A stretch of DNA of 63,771 nt, counting the filler, from Craspedostauros australis (taxonomy: Eukaryota), in the NCBI GenBank assembly GCA_030167865.1. It is 5 parts of 5 records of this genome, joined end to end, with 100 filler letters (N's around TTAATTAATTAA, not from the genome) between each part and the next. Parts side by side here need not be neighbours in the genome. Positions count along the whole stretch, not along the records: positions 48,044 to 60,009 come from JALAGF010003853.1; positions 60,110 to 63,771 come from JALAGF010003856.1; 3 more parts are not named here. The stretch is one strand, 5' to 3'. The stretch's first letter is position 1; each line of letters starts with the position of its first letter. The notes under the pieces are model-generated. The model did no database searches and was not told where the DNA came from. It saw only the letters and a list, made by a program, of their open reading frames with translations. Below, in pieces: positions 53,901-63,491 of this stretch. A program made the translations under genes and the position numbers.

Positions 53901-54506
53901 AGTGCTCGCCGAAAGTTCCACAGTCTTTCCGCTGCCACTCTCCTGGTAGTACACGAAAACAGTTGATTTGCTATGTGATTCCGTGCGTGGTTGGATGTAG
54001 ACAGTTGCAGGAGTCTCCCTGGGATCTCCTTTGTGCCGAAAGCTGGGTGTGCCAATGAAGTACGCGGTATCTATGCCGCTGGTCGAAGCGCACTGTAGAC
54101 CATGAAAGCCATTTCCGTCATTGTTGCGGATCTTCGCCAACAGGTTGAGAATTGATTGGCGCGGCTCAGCGGGTTCGATGAGGTCGCTATCGTCGTAGGG
54201 ATCCTGCACAGCGGAGACGATGCACTCGGGGATTGATTTCTTGACACGAAGGAAGGCCTTGAGCCACTCTGCCAACCCGGCGTCACTAAATCCCGTAACC
54301 GTGTAGGCGGCAACACCGTCGTACAGTTCCTGAGCGTTGCATTCACGGTGCACCAGTACCAGAACGTTTCGGCGAAAGGTATCATTTTGTCCGTCGAGTT
54401 TATAATCTTCCCACTCTCGCTTCCAGAAAGGTTCATTGTCATAAAGCCCAGCATCTTGTTTCACTGATTTACGATCGTCATCTGTTGGCGGGCCAATGTC
54501 GTTCAT
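50934..54506 (-). CDS. P-loop NTPase plus C-terminal PD-(D/E)xK-like nuclease protein, Crinkler/RHS (CR)-like
   Basis: Walker A VFVYYQESGSGKT; Walker B VVVGIDEA; FSIAGTG; DSNAR; C-terminal FADAYVTF...ICIQAKD. Confidence 0.65.
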   Translation of the reverse strand: MNDIGPPTDDDRKSVKQDAGLYDNEPFWKREWEDYKLDGQNDTFRRNVLVLVHRECNAQELYDGVAAYTVTGFSDAGLAEWLKAFLRVKKSIPECIVSAVQDPYDDSDLIEPAEPRQSILNLLAKIRNNDGNGFHGLQCASTSGIDTAYFIGTPSFRHKGDPRETPATVYIQPRTESHSKSTVFVYYQESGSGKTVELSASTYTRNALFTIIPTYEGQQDVALIPDGHAAYASTDRYAADANAAAANAHAAAANAFTAVARTAVAHAANAYADARDDIKKDYRARDALLSLATKVRATLRADATSLKRLLKFVTDLDEARAKLGLCAVQTLQVVVGIDEATAFPNLVRAIVRDYSKFGVLLGHFIMHGCREDETDLLQFLHPDTESTPTPLELAEPKNSFKTLRINVLFSIAGTGVSQATVGSNMNNFDHMEVSAKAQPKEVYCTLRGEFAGANNQLSIIPDYDSLPQFPLLKALVDSNARMISIYMHESNQQQKSNNMIKKEANKDPHEQNAILSRTFHTFMGSNGMWRLQNNPSLRRLTAYRAFATLLFQQDQDFTNELSDDQVNNMDYGISFEDFQVDVQGGDEEGNVHNDMNESIMKHLVASYGLVTAMPFIKRSNNMPQAKPFKLSDAMQLLCLWLIQGGPEVPAEKSFMGTTSASFETLTALLVGAAIGASGVVKKGTDGRVLAAPADSNGVQQQEADIIAALGKVGMRINRHPTEVPLYTCTTISGEKPVDGDAGDLFWSLKGAHSALLSEDLKISGVYFHKSMMTCVKTNADVDRIKVATGTQVENALETGADIPTASVRDVARWVLEAIGNTRGGQPQEAIKAIEQVLGQFKAATAQGTVAPNATAEKELCNIHAAAAKTAGAIFRNMYVQLMHANGSPAHLWPLMDMTESDITEWLDSHHSIFVDHDLLRQLCVLRNALEQSNGGQDALVQSNRGQDASVAQLTKNTAALKVGNSAKTSHSARGENLKPASIPAPANASQGTTTYVVAYVFNAPLIQVSEGSSEFADAYVTFPVKQRVSGTNQKPYRLRTICIQAKDHAEDTSPRMINYLENALAVADPGLDPLFGEDRIYTIAGTHRTVAWGYEGTSFPYIPFAVDKSTILENQMEQMKKRHTKTAKHGAHAVLSIGPAKTEGGSAKQKACINRIEEEKVRAEGKKRERERKRKREREQPNREKSKQCI

Positions 54507-55602
54507 CTTGCTGTTGACAGCCGTTCGGCGGAAGTGATTGGAGACGAAAGGGCGACAGCAACAAGAAACGGTGGAGTTCTGGTGTTGGTGTGAGTGTTGT
54601 TATGAGTGTTGGTGTCATCATTAGCGACGACAATGTTTGATTCTGCTCACCTTGTCTTGTCTTGTTCTGTCTTTGTGAGGACTCCAGTGAGGCTCCGTTC
54701 AGCTTCGATTCCTTCGGTTGTCTTCGAACCGCTTCAGATCGTATGCTATCGTGTGCTATCGTGTGCTGTCGTGTGCTGTCGTGTTGTGCAGCGGCAGCGG
54801 TACTTTTTGCTACCTGCGATGAATGAGTGTGTGTGTATATGTGTGTGCGTGCTTTCTCTGCTGCTCCACAAGTACTCCTCAACCTACCAGTACCAATACG
54901 GGGACTGTGGGGTTTGGAGAAGGTGTGGCTGCTTCTGGAGGTTGCGTGTTGTGGGTATGTCGATGTCGTTGATCATGATGATATGGCAGTGGTTGTGCTC
55001 TCTTGGATGTGTTCGCGAGCGTGGAGCGAGGAAAGTATCGAGAGAGTGACTGGCAGGCACACTCAGAGAAGGTTTGTTGTTCTTGGTGTCCTCGACTTCG
55101 TATAGTATCTGTTTGAATCCGTTTGTGCGTCTTTGTGCTGCGGCAACCACACAGCTCAGACTAACAGGACGCTCAGGTTTTGTCGCGCCATCTTCTTCTC
55201 CAACGGCGTCTTCTCGCTTGTTGTGGTGGTGGTGGCAATTCTTGCCATTTCCGGCTTCGATGCGGACAGAAGTCCACACACAACGATGGCCGTTTCGAAT
55301 GGCGCCAAAACAAGTTTTGAGATCGTCTGTGGCACAGTCTGGCCTTTGTCCGTCTGTGTCGACATTCGACAAGTCCATTGAAACGTGTGTTGTTTGACTC
55401 ATGTGACCATAAAGATGAATCGAGATTGTTTAATCGAATTAGTCTTGCCTCCAACATCTGTGCCTTTGCACTCGTTGAAGATGACCATGGAATGCCTTGT
55501 CTTTAAGTATAATATTTAACGAGATAGTCTATTGGTGTACAATGACCGTCTTTGTGACAATAGCTGTCTAAGTCACGAATTCATGTGATGCACAAATGAC
55601 AG

Positions 55603-55672
55603 TGCATTTAATGCACTTCAAATGCGTTCCAGTTGTATTTAACGCACTTCAACTGCATTTAATGCACTGCAA
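55603..55672. repeat. Three copies of a roughly 19-bp palindromic unit TGCATTTAATGCACTTCAA
   Basis: Copies at 55603-55621, 55634-55652 and 55654-55672; core GTGCATT-T-AATGCAC. Confidence 0.8.
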
Positions 55673-56318
55673 TGCTTTTTGTTGCAAGAGGAGGCATGTT
55701 CGAAGGGACTCGATGATACTTCAATCAAACGCAAGCAATGACTTCATATGTCCGAATAGCAGTCAATGATAAAGTACAAATATCAATACTTCAAACCAAG
55801 ACGTCGCTGCGACATTTGCTTGCTCGAGATGTCACAAACAACAAAGAAGCACACCAAATGACAAACAGCTCTTTCGGATCGTACTAGTCGTAAACTGAAG
55901 TATTAAATACACTTGCCGGGTGTCCCAGAAAGTATCTTTTGCCGAAACATCCACAGATCTGTGGGTGTCACAAAGATTCACCAGCGAAGTTGTGGAATGC
56001 GAATCCAAATCAATCATCACCACTCTTCACAACACAACGACAACAAAGATCGAGAGGTTCGATCACATCACAACACGACACAACACAATCCATCCAAAAC
56101 AGTCACCTCCATCCAACATCGCAGTTACGTATCATAGATCGTACGTCATCTCCATTGCATGGTACTGTAGTCGTAGAGACAGACAGAGAGAGAGAGGAGA
56201 GGACAGATCCCCACGTTCCCAAAGAACCGTCTTCCAAGATACAGCAGGCGCAAACGCAGCCACCCGAACTCAACGAAAGCAAGTGCACCACAGCCGAACA
56301 CATACGAGTACGTACACA

Positions 56319-57572
56319 ATGCGGCGTACTTTCTGGACTGCCGAGGAAGCGCGGATGCTGTGCCTTGAATTCTTGAAGGTGGTCAAAGGACCAGGGAGGT
56401 GCGAAAAAGGAACCTGGCCCCTCATTTCACGGAACATGAAGAAAGCCATCCAGGCACACAACAGGAGAGTCGCAAGGAAGCATGCAAAGGGTGCACGCGC
56501 ACGCAAAAACTCTGCGGCATCAGCAGGCGATATCAAGAAGATCTCATGCGTTCACGACACCGCGCGGTATCGAAGGATATTCAGCAAGATCCGGTGCACC
56601 ATCCTCGATCTCCGAAAAGTGCGTCCGCCGAACCCTCACAAATCCAGAAAGCAAGAAGCTCAGTGGGTCGACCGTTGGCACCAATCATACGCAGCCAGAG
56701 GCGCGAGCGTGGGTTTGCACAGCAACTTACTGTTGGAGTGCTGGAGGATCTTGAAAGACGCTCCGCAAATTGCAGATGATTCTTCAGCTGCCTCCAGATG
56801 CAATCCACAGCCAACGCATCGGGTAGTTCGCCTCATCGCGCGCAAATGTACCAAAACATCTGCCTGTGCCATCGGCCGTCGCGACAGTCAACACGCAGAT
56901 CATGAACTTGATAGCGATGATAGCAACGAAGATGACGACGCAGGTAATACCGGTGACGATGACGAAGATGAAGAAGAGGAGGAGGAGGATGCGTCTATAG
57001 CCCCCAACAGACCCAACAAAATCACGAGTCGCGACGACGACGGCGGCAACGCGAGGCCCACCGTATACAGCAGCGGAAATCCCACTCGGCAATTCATAGA
57101 CCGACGGCGTGCGACTGTTCGCGCCCCATCGCGGAAGCGCAAGCGTCGTCGCGTATCTGCAGATCCCGGCACATGTCATTCCAACACGCGCGCCGTCGTC
57201 GACAGCGATGACATGGACAGCAACACAGACGATGATATCAACGTGGAGAGCGCCGACGAAATCAGGGACGATCCAAGACCAAAGCGCACACGTCGTCGGT
57301 ATCAACACCTCCACAACGACATGAATGGCAACGCCTATCCACTCAGGCGCCTAAAGCCAACAAAAAGGACAACGCCAATGGAAACTGCAACGATCACGTT
57401 GCCTCAAGCGTTGCATGACCGCAAGCATACCAAGTTGCTCCGCGAACAGCTCCGGGTAGCTAAACTTGAGCGCAACTACCACGAACTGCGCATTCAAGAA
57501 CTCATCCTCAAGCTCCAGGTCGAGAGGGCGAAGAAAGAAGTGGAAGAAGCTCGTGGTGATCGAACGATTTGA
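56319..57572 (+). CDS. Tandem-family paralog 3
   Basis: FWTAEEARMLCLEFLKVVKGPGRCEKGTWPLI; ECWRILKDAPQI; LREQLRVAKLERNYHELRIQEL. Confidence 0.8.
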   Translation: MRRTFWTAEEARMLCLEFLKVVKGPGRCEKGTWPLISRNMKKAIQAHNRRVARKHAKGARARKNSAASAGDIKKISCVHDTARYRRIFSKIRCTILDLRKVRPPNPHKSRKQEAQWVDRWHQSYAARGASVGLHSNLLLECWRILKDAPQIADDSSAASRCNPQPTHRVVRLIARKCTKTSACAIGRRDSQHADHELDSDDSNEDDDAGNTGDDDEDEEEEEEDASIAPNRPNKITSRDDDGGNARPTVYSSGNPTRQFIDRRRATVRAPSRKRKRRRVSADPGTCHSNTRAVVDSDDMDSNTDDDINVESADEIRDDPRPKRTRRRYQHLHNDMNGNAYPLRRLKPTKRTTPMETATITLPQALHDRKHTKLLREQLRVAKLERNYHELRIQELILKLQVERAKKEVEEARGDRTI

Positions 57573-58149
57573 AGGATATAGATGTCGATCGTTGCATATG
57601 CATGAACAAATGAAGGAATGAAGTCACGGCGTATACAGACCAGCGCCACACGCTATCCTCAACTCGCACAGCGTTCAGATAAAGCCCCTGACCTCTCTTG
57701 CAAATATTAGATGAATGAAGTTATCACTCGCTGTGCCGAGCCAAGCGATGAGATGCATGCAACGTTTGGGTTCGTTGATGGAATGAGAGAGCATCTGTTG
57801 CACAGATGAATGGTATTGTCGGTCTCGTTTGTGGTTCCGCCACACCAGCCCTCTCTGACCAGAGAGAGGTTCTCATCGAGAAAGCCACCTCCATCCAAAT
57901 CACTGCGATTGACTCAATCGAGTGCAACCGTATCTTTTGGCATCACCAGAAGATCCACGCATCCCCTCCCCACAAAGTCGCCCATCAACTCCAACCAGGA
58001 GGCCAGGCACACAACAACACCATCCAGCGTCACCAAATCCAACACAACAGCAGACACTGCACCAAAGCTTGAGCGAAGAGTCCAAGGGCAGTCCATGGAA
58101 TATCGTCACCGCCAATACTCACACAGCACATTCTCACTTCTTCTCTAAA

Positions 58150-59421
58150 ATGACGCAACCTTCCTGGACTCCGGCGAAAGCGAGGATGCTTTGCCTCGCC
58201 TACCTGGAAATCAAGAAGGGACCAGGCATATGCAAAAGCGGAACTTGGTCTCTCATTTTTGAGAATTTCAAGCGCCGCATCGCGCAGTACAACGAACGGA
58301 TGGCAATAGAGAGAGCGAACAGAGGAAACGCCGACAGAAACAACAGCGACTTCGGCGATGATTGCGATGACCTCGCATGCACGGTTTCTGCAGATAGTCT
58401 CAGACGCATCTTCGGCACCGTCCGGCATTCCACTCTGCAACTTCGAAAGCATCTTCCGCCAACACCTCACACTTCGCAGGAAGCTGAATTCCAATGGATC
58501 GCAGATTGGCGCGAATCGTGGCACAAAAGATCCAGACACTCTCGCCTCAACATCCACGCCTTCGTGGAGTGCTGGAGACTCCTGAAGGACGCGCCGCAAA
58601 TTGCAGATGCTTCCTCACCTGCCTTTGCTCAGTCCTATCCACAACTCACACTTCGACCTTTTCGCCTCCTCGCACGCAAATCAGTCGCGGCATCAGTCCG
58701 CGCTCGAAACCGTTGCGACCATCAAGGCTCATCCCCTCATGGTGAGACTGACGGCGATCATGCAAGCGAAGACGGAGACAATTCCGTCAGAACGAGCGGG
58801 GACGATCAATACAATCCGGATGACGACGACGACGACAACGAGTACGCGCCTGCTACTGTCACCAGCTACGAGAACACGGAGAGCAGCAGCGACAACGACA
58901 ACGACAGCGCCATCCAGATGCGAGGATCCAATGACCAACAGCCTGCGACTGCGACTGGGTATACCCCATCGCGCAAACGCAAGCATCGTGGCGTATCCGT
59001 AGATGCTGACAGGAGCACGCTTGTCGTCCTCAATAACGATGCGGAGGACGGCAACACGGATGATAGCGCCCATGTGGAAAACGGCGACGCAGCCGGAGAC
59101 GGCAATGGCGTTGCCAAAACAGTCAGGTATCGTCGTCGTCGCCAGCATCGCGGACACCGTCGTGACAACACAGACGGCACGCCGCAGGTGCGTTCAGAAA
59201 CAGCGCAAGCCACGCGAACAGAAGACCGAGACTCCGCAAGAAGCACACCACCCAAGGCGCTCCAAGGCAGCGAGGAGATGGACACGATTCGCGAGGAACT
59301 CCGGCTTACCAAGCTTAAGCGCAACTATCACGATCTGCGCCTGCAGGAACTCAATCTGAAGCTTCAGGTTGCTGAGGCGAAGAAAGAAATGGAGGAGGCA
59401 CATCGCAATCGCTCGGCTTGA
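58150..59421 (+). CDS. Tandem-family paralog 4
   Basis: SWTPAKARMLCLAYLEIKKGPGICKSGTWSLI; ECWRLLKDAPQI; IREELRLTKLKRNYHDLRLQEL. Confidence 0.8.
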   Translation: MTQPSWTPAKARMLCLAYLEIKKGPGICKSGTWSLIFENFKRRIAQYNERMAIERANRGNADRNNSDFGDDCDDLACTVSADSLRRIFGTVRHSTLQLRKHLPPTPHTSQEAEFQWIADWRESWHKRSRHSRLNIHAFVECWRLLKDAPQIADASSPAFAQSYPQLTLRPFRLLARKSVAASVRARNRCDHQGSSPHGETDGDHASEDGDNSVRTSGDDQYNPDDDDDDNEYAPATVTSYENTESSSDNDNDSAIQMRGSNDQQPATATGYTPSRKRKHRGVSVDADRSTLVVLNNDAEDGNTDDSAHVENGDAAGDGNGVAKTVRYRRRRQHRGHRRDNTDGTPQVRSETAQATRTEDRDSARSTPPKALQGSEEMDTIREELRLTKLKRNYHDLRLQELNLKLQVAEAKKEMEEAHRNRSA

Positions 59422-60009
59422 AGTCATTAGGTGTCGAACTTTCACATGCGTGGATGGATCGAGAGATGGAGCAATGGGGAAATTGGAGAATGCATGTGTA
59501 TGCAGGATCCGATTGGTGGTGCCAATTTCAGGTGGGTGGACATTCCGAAGGGAATAATGGAACAGATCACAGTTTGCATGGACATGCGACCATCTCTTTC
59601 CTGTTGAGACCTCTGGATATCATCGTGCACTAGCTAGCGCATGATGTTTCGTGAATGCTTGTCGAGTTTGCGGAAGTCGGCGCAGATACCTCCCTCTCCA
59701 CAAATGCAAATTTCCATCGATGAGACGTACCACGCACATCGGCAGAAAGTCACATCAGGATCGATACTTGACTTCCATCGTCGATCATAACGGACACAGC
59801 AACAGAAGCAGAAGAAGCAACAGAGAGGCATCGCACACCAATCGCTGCGTTGATCTTCCAACTTGACCTTTTCAGAAGACTGGCGTTCAAACTTCCTCTC
59901 TTCTGCTTCGTCTTCATCGCTCGCAACTGCACCCACGAAACAAGAGCCAGCGCCATCGTCGATCATAGAACAACGCATAGCATCAAAGGAGACACTCAAA
60001 CAGTACAAA

Positions 60010-60109
60010 NNNNNNNNNNNNNNNNNNNNNNNNNNNNNNNNNNNNNNNNNNNNTTAATTAATTAANNNNNNNNNNNNNNNNNNNNNNNNNNNNNNNNNNN
60101 NNNNNNNNN
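60010..60109. other. Artificial contig linker
   Basis: N44-TTAATTAATTAA-N44. Confidence 0.97.
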
Positions 60110-60110
60110 C

Positions 60111-61463
60111 ATCAGCGTCGCAAACGTGGACTCCTTCGGGAACATTGCATCCTCGTCAACAAGAAACATCAGGATGGATGTATCAGCCCCTGGTCAATAC
60201 GTGATAAGTCTCAGCAACGACGGGTACTCCATAACGACGTTGTCAGGAACTTCAATGGCAGCACCGCATGTCAGCGGTCTCGCCGCGCTGTTGAAGAGCA
60301 TTGACCCCAGTGCCACCCCCTTTGACATCCGCAGAGCTCTCTCGTTGACAGCAGTTGACAGGTCCGTCGAGGGTCTGGACGGCGTGTACGGATACGGCAT
60401 TGTGGATGGCGTGCAGGCTGCTGACTTCTTGACAGGCACGTACAATCAGAACGGGAACTGCGCGCCTGACGAGCAGCTCATCACTGTGCGACTCACAACG
60501 GATGACTACCCGCTGGAGACCAGCTGGGAGATTTGGCAAGACGATGTGGCCTTGCTGCGCTACATGGGTTTCGACCCCAATTCCGAAGTGACGATCAATG
60601 AGTGCATCCCGACAACCGGTTGCCTCGTGTTCATCCTTCGGGATACTTACGGCGACGGGATCTGCTGTGAAGATGGTGCCGGCAGCGTGGAGGTGGAGCT
60701 GGATGGGCAGCTGCTGTTCGTCGACAACTTCGAAGATGGCGAATTCACAGGCGCTCCCTTCGGTCCAGACTGCTCCCAAACCACCCCGCCAATACCACAG
60801 CCAATGCCACAGCCAACAGCAAGGCCAACCAGCACACCCACAGCGTCTCCTGTGGTTCCCCCAACCTTGAATCCCACCAGCGCACCTACAGCATCTCCCA
60901 TGGCACCCCCAACCTTGAATCCTACCAGTACACCCACGGCATCTCCCATGGCACCTCCAACCTTGAATCCCACCAGCGTACCAACAGCATCCCCCGTGGT
61001 ACCCCCAACCTCGAATCCCACGGCGAGCCCAACTCTGTCACCGGTGAGCGCTCCCACCTCAAGCCCGACGACAGACGAGAACTCTGAGCTGACATTCCCG
61101 CCAACGACCGCCCCAACCGTAGCCTCGGAACCAACACCAGTATCCAACCCAACGGACGAATTCGTGCAGATCCAGTTGCGTCTGATGACCGACGCCGCTG
61201 CATCCACAGACAAGACCCGTTTCTCCCTCACCAACCTTGCCGGCGAGAGCATTTGGCATCAAGTCGAAACAACCCCAAATCGTTTCTACCGCCAGGCCTC
61301 CATCCTCAAGGCAGAGGAGTGCTACACGTTCACCGCTCAAGACGATGGTGGGGACGGGACCGAGTTCCTCCAGGTGCTGCACGATGGTCAGATCATCATC
61401 GACATCGAGTATGGCAACTTCGGCAGCATCATCCAGCGCAAGTTCGGATCGTTGTGCGAATAG
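60111..61463 (+). CDS. Subtilisin-like (S8) serine protease, 5' partial, with TDDYPLETSW/DGICC module and PT-rich linker
   Basis: DVSAPG, SGTSMAAPHVSG (catalytic Ser), YGYGIVD; PT repeats. Confidence 0.88.
   Translation: MSVANVDSFGNIASSSTRNIRMDVSAPGQYVISLSNDGYSITTLSGTSMAAPHVSGLAALLKSIDPSATPFDIRRALSLTAVDRSVEGLDGVYGYGIVDGVQAADFLTGTYNQNGNCAPDEQLITVRLTTDDYPLETSWEIWQDDVALLRYMGFDPNSEVTINECIPTTGCLVFILRDTYGDGICCEDGAGSVEVELDGQLLFVDNFEDGEFTGAPFGPDCSQTTPPIPQPMPQPTARPTSTPTASPVVPPTLNPTSAPTASPMAPPTLNPTSTPTASPMAPPTLNPTSVPTASPVVPPTSNPTASPTLSPVSAPTSSPTTDENSELTFPPTTAPTVASEPTPVSNPTDEFVQIQLRLMTDAAASTDKTRFSLTNLAGESIWHQVETTPNRFYRQASILKAEECYTFTAQDDGGDGTEFLQVLHDGQIIIDIEYGNFGSIIQRKFGSLCE
60825..61016 (+). repeat. 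Coding 48-nt tandem repeat x4 (PTSxPTASPxxPPTLN)
   Basis: Four visible units within the subtilase linker. Confidence 0.85.
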
Positions 61464-61899
61464 GCAGGTGCATATCCGTGGATGCTCATCAGTGGATGAC
61501 TTCATGATAACTAATGCAATGTATTATATTATACTAGTTTGCAACATGTTTGTTGTTTGTTTGACCATTTGTTCTTTGCACTCCACATGTGCACAGGTGA
61601 TTGGGACTATGGCTCAGCCTATTGGAGCCCAAACATAATGGCTGTGGTCTTGGTAGTAGTAGTTGTGCTGTTGGCAGAGGCTTGATTGGCAACCTGTCCA
61701 AACATGTGATCTTCTATTCACAAGTATTCAATTGAGAGTAATAATGATGGGTGAAAAAAAAAACATGTGGATTCTGAGCATTAATGCTATGATTCTTGTT
61801 GGTGTGGTACCTTGTGTGGGTTGCCCTAAAAAGGGGGCCATGGGGTTGCCTAGCTCCAGTAGCATAGCCATGGAGAATTTTCGTCGCGATAATGGGAAC

Positions 61900-61960
61900 A
61901 ATTTGCGTCAGGACGCAAGTTTTGGCCCTTTTCTGGAATTGTTGCATCCTGACGCAAATT
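61900..61960. repeat. 19-bp inverted repeat, one mismatch, 23-nt spacer
   Basis: AATTTGCGTCAGGACGCAA (61900-61918) versus TTGCATCCTGACGCAAATT (61942-61960). Confidence 0.85.
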
Positions 61961-62564
61961 CTGATTTTGTGTGGAGATTTAACACGACGAGAAAATGGTC
62001 CCGACTTGTTGGACTCACAGCCACAAAACTCCCTCCTTCTTGTGCGGACTTCCTTCGTGTTATTTTCTTGGCTTCCGTCTCGTGTTATTTTCGCGAGGTG
62101 TTCAGTGTGTTCTCTACATCAAGCACATACTCCAGAGGATGCTGTTGTTTGCAGTGATAATGAGGATGCCAACTATAGTTTGTTGGTACCAACTAGTAGC
62201 AGCACTACTATGACAGCATAAACATGGTGTTTTCTTTGGCTGTCCGCTGTCTTCATGTCTACTCGAATACTTGTATTTCTTCGCGTGTCGATAGGACCTA
62301 CAGTCCTTTCTGTTCATACTCCATGCCGTATGATACAGCTCCAGGCAGCTTCACATGACATCAGGGTCTTATTCATTCCTTGCGAGGTGAGATGTATGTC
62401 TTGGTTTGTGTCTGCATCTGTGTTGCTTCCTCCTTCCATTGGGTCCCAACCTCATGAGATGTTCCCATCGAATCAAGATCGCCATCCAGGTGCTTATCTT
62501 TCAAGCAAAGGTTGCTTGCTTCATTGAGAAACATGAATGTGTTAGTACTCATGTGAATAAAATA

Positions 62565-63491
62565 ACAACTGAGCAAGTCATGCAGTGTCGCCATCCAGCA
62601 GCGGTCGCAGAGAGGGAGAAGGCGAATGCAGAGTGGGGAGATGACATGCTGCAGGCAGGAGGAGATCCAGAGATGGCCCAACAGATGTTCTGCCAGTTGA
62701 GAAGTTGGAGCAACATAGACGACATGGAGCCAAGAGCACCAACACAAATCCAAGAAGCAGTCAATGCCTAACAGGTGATCGGATGGAGTATGATGGTACA
62801 TGGGTGCTGGAAGAGGCAGTGGAGGGCGATACAGGAGTCCGCGATGATGGAGGAAGAGCTCTCAACGAAACTGACGAACTGGAGGGGCATATCCGTTTGA
62901 GGGCTGTAGGAGGTTCGATGGAAGCCATGGGAAGCGCGCAACAGCGTGCTACATGACCAGGATGGACGCAAGCGCGCGGCAGCCCAGGAAAAGAAGTATG
63001 AGCCAGGGTGAACGAGCAATGGGCGATCGGAGGCGGAGGTATCCTGGCCACAGACCAAGCCCTCATGATGAATGCGGCAAGAGTGGAGGTGGTGAGGTGG
63101 CCAGTGGATGCTCAGAGCCGGTGAGTGAAGCATGTGCAAGCAGCACGGATAAGGGCCCAGGCAGTTGAGCAGCAACAACGTGCAGCAACGCAGGAGAGAA
63201 GAGGAGTACGCCAAGGACTCACACACGCTGTGAGAGTGCAGTGACGAGAAATGGGTCTGTGCAAACGACGGTTATACGGGGCCTTGGGAGGAAGGGCGAA
63301 CAAGCAGCAATATGGAGCACGGATCAGTGCATGAGGTTCGTGAAAGAGCATAGCGGGCGCAAGTTGGATGCCCAGTGCAGTGTGTTTGATGGCCCATGGT
63401 GCTGACAAATCGTGGTAGGCTAGGCAGTGAGAGACACAGGGAAGTCGTTTCAGCGCAATCGGCCCTAGGCTCGTTGTAGGCGGCCAACACT
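62565..63491 (+). pseudogene. Decayed 3' remnant of an Ambal-like LINE related to element 2
   Basis: TTEQVMQCRHPAA...GDPEM...GWSMMVHGCW...EVRWKPWEARNSVLH matches the element-2 C-terminus. In-frame stops at 62769, 62898 and 62907. 3'UTR is homologous to that of element 2. Confidence 0.85.

Noticed and set aside
55603..55672. Palindromic repeats as a mini-CRISPR
   Set aside because: Spacers are only 12 and 1 nt, there are no cas genes, and the context is eukaryotic.
60825..61016. Regular 48-nt repeats as a possible CRISPR-like array
   Set aside because: Head-to-tail coding PT repeats with no unique spacers.
62100..62560. Possible degenerate transposase fragments (also at 63556-63771)
   Set aside because: No motif could be recognised with confidence.
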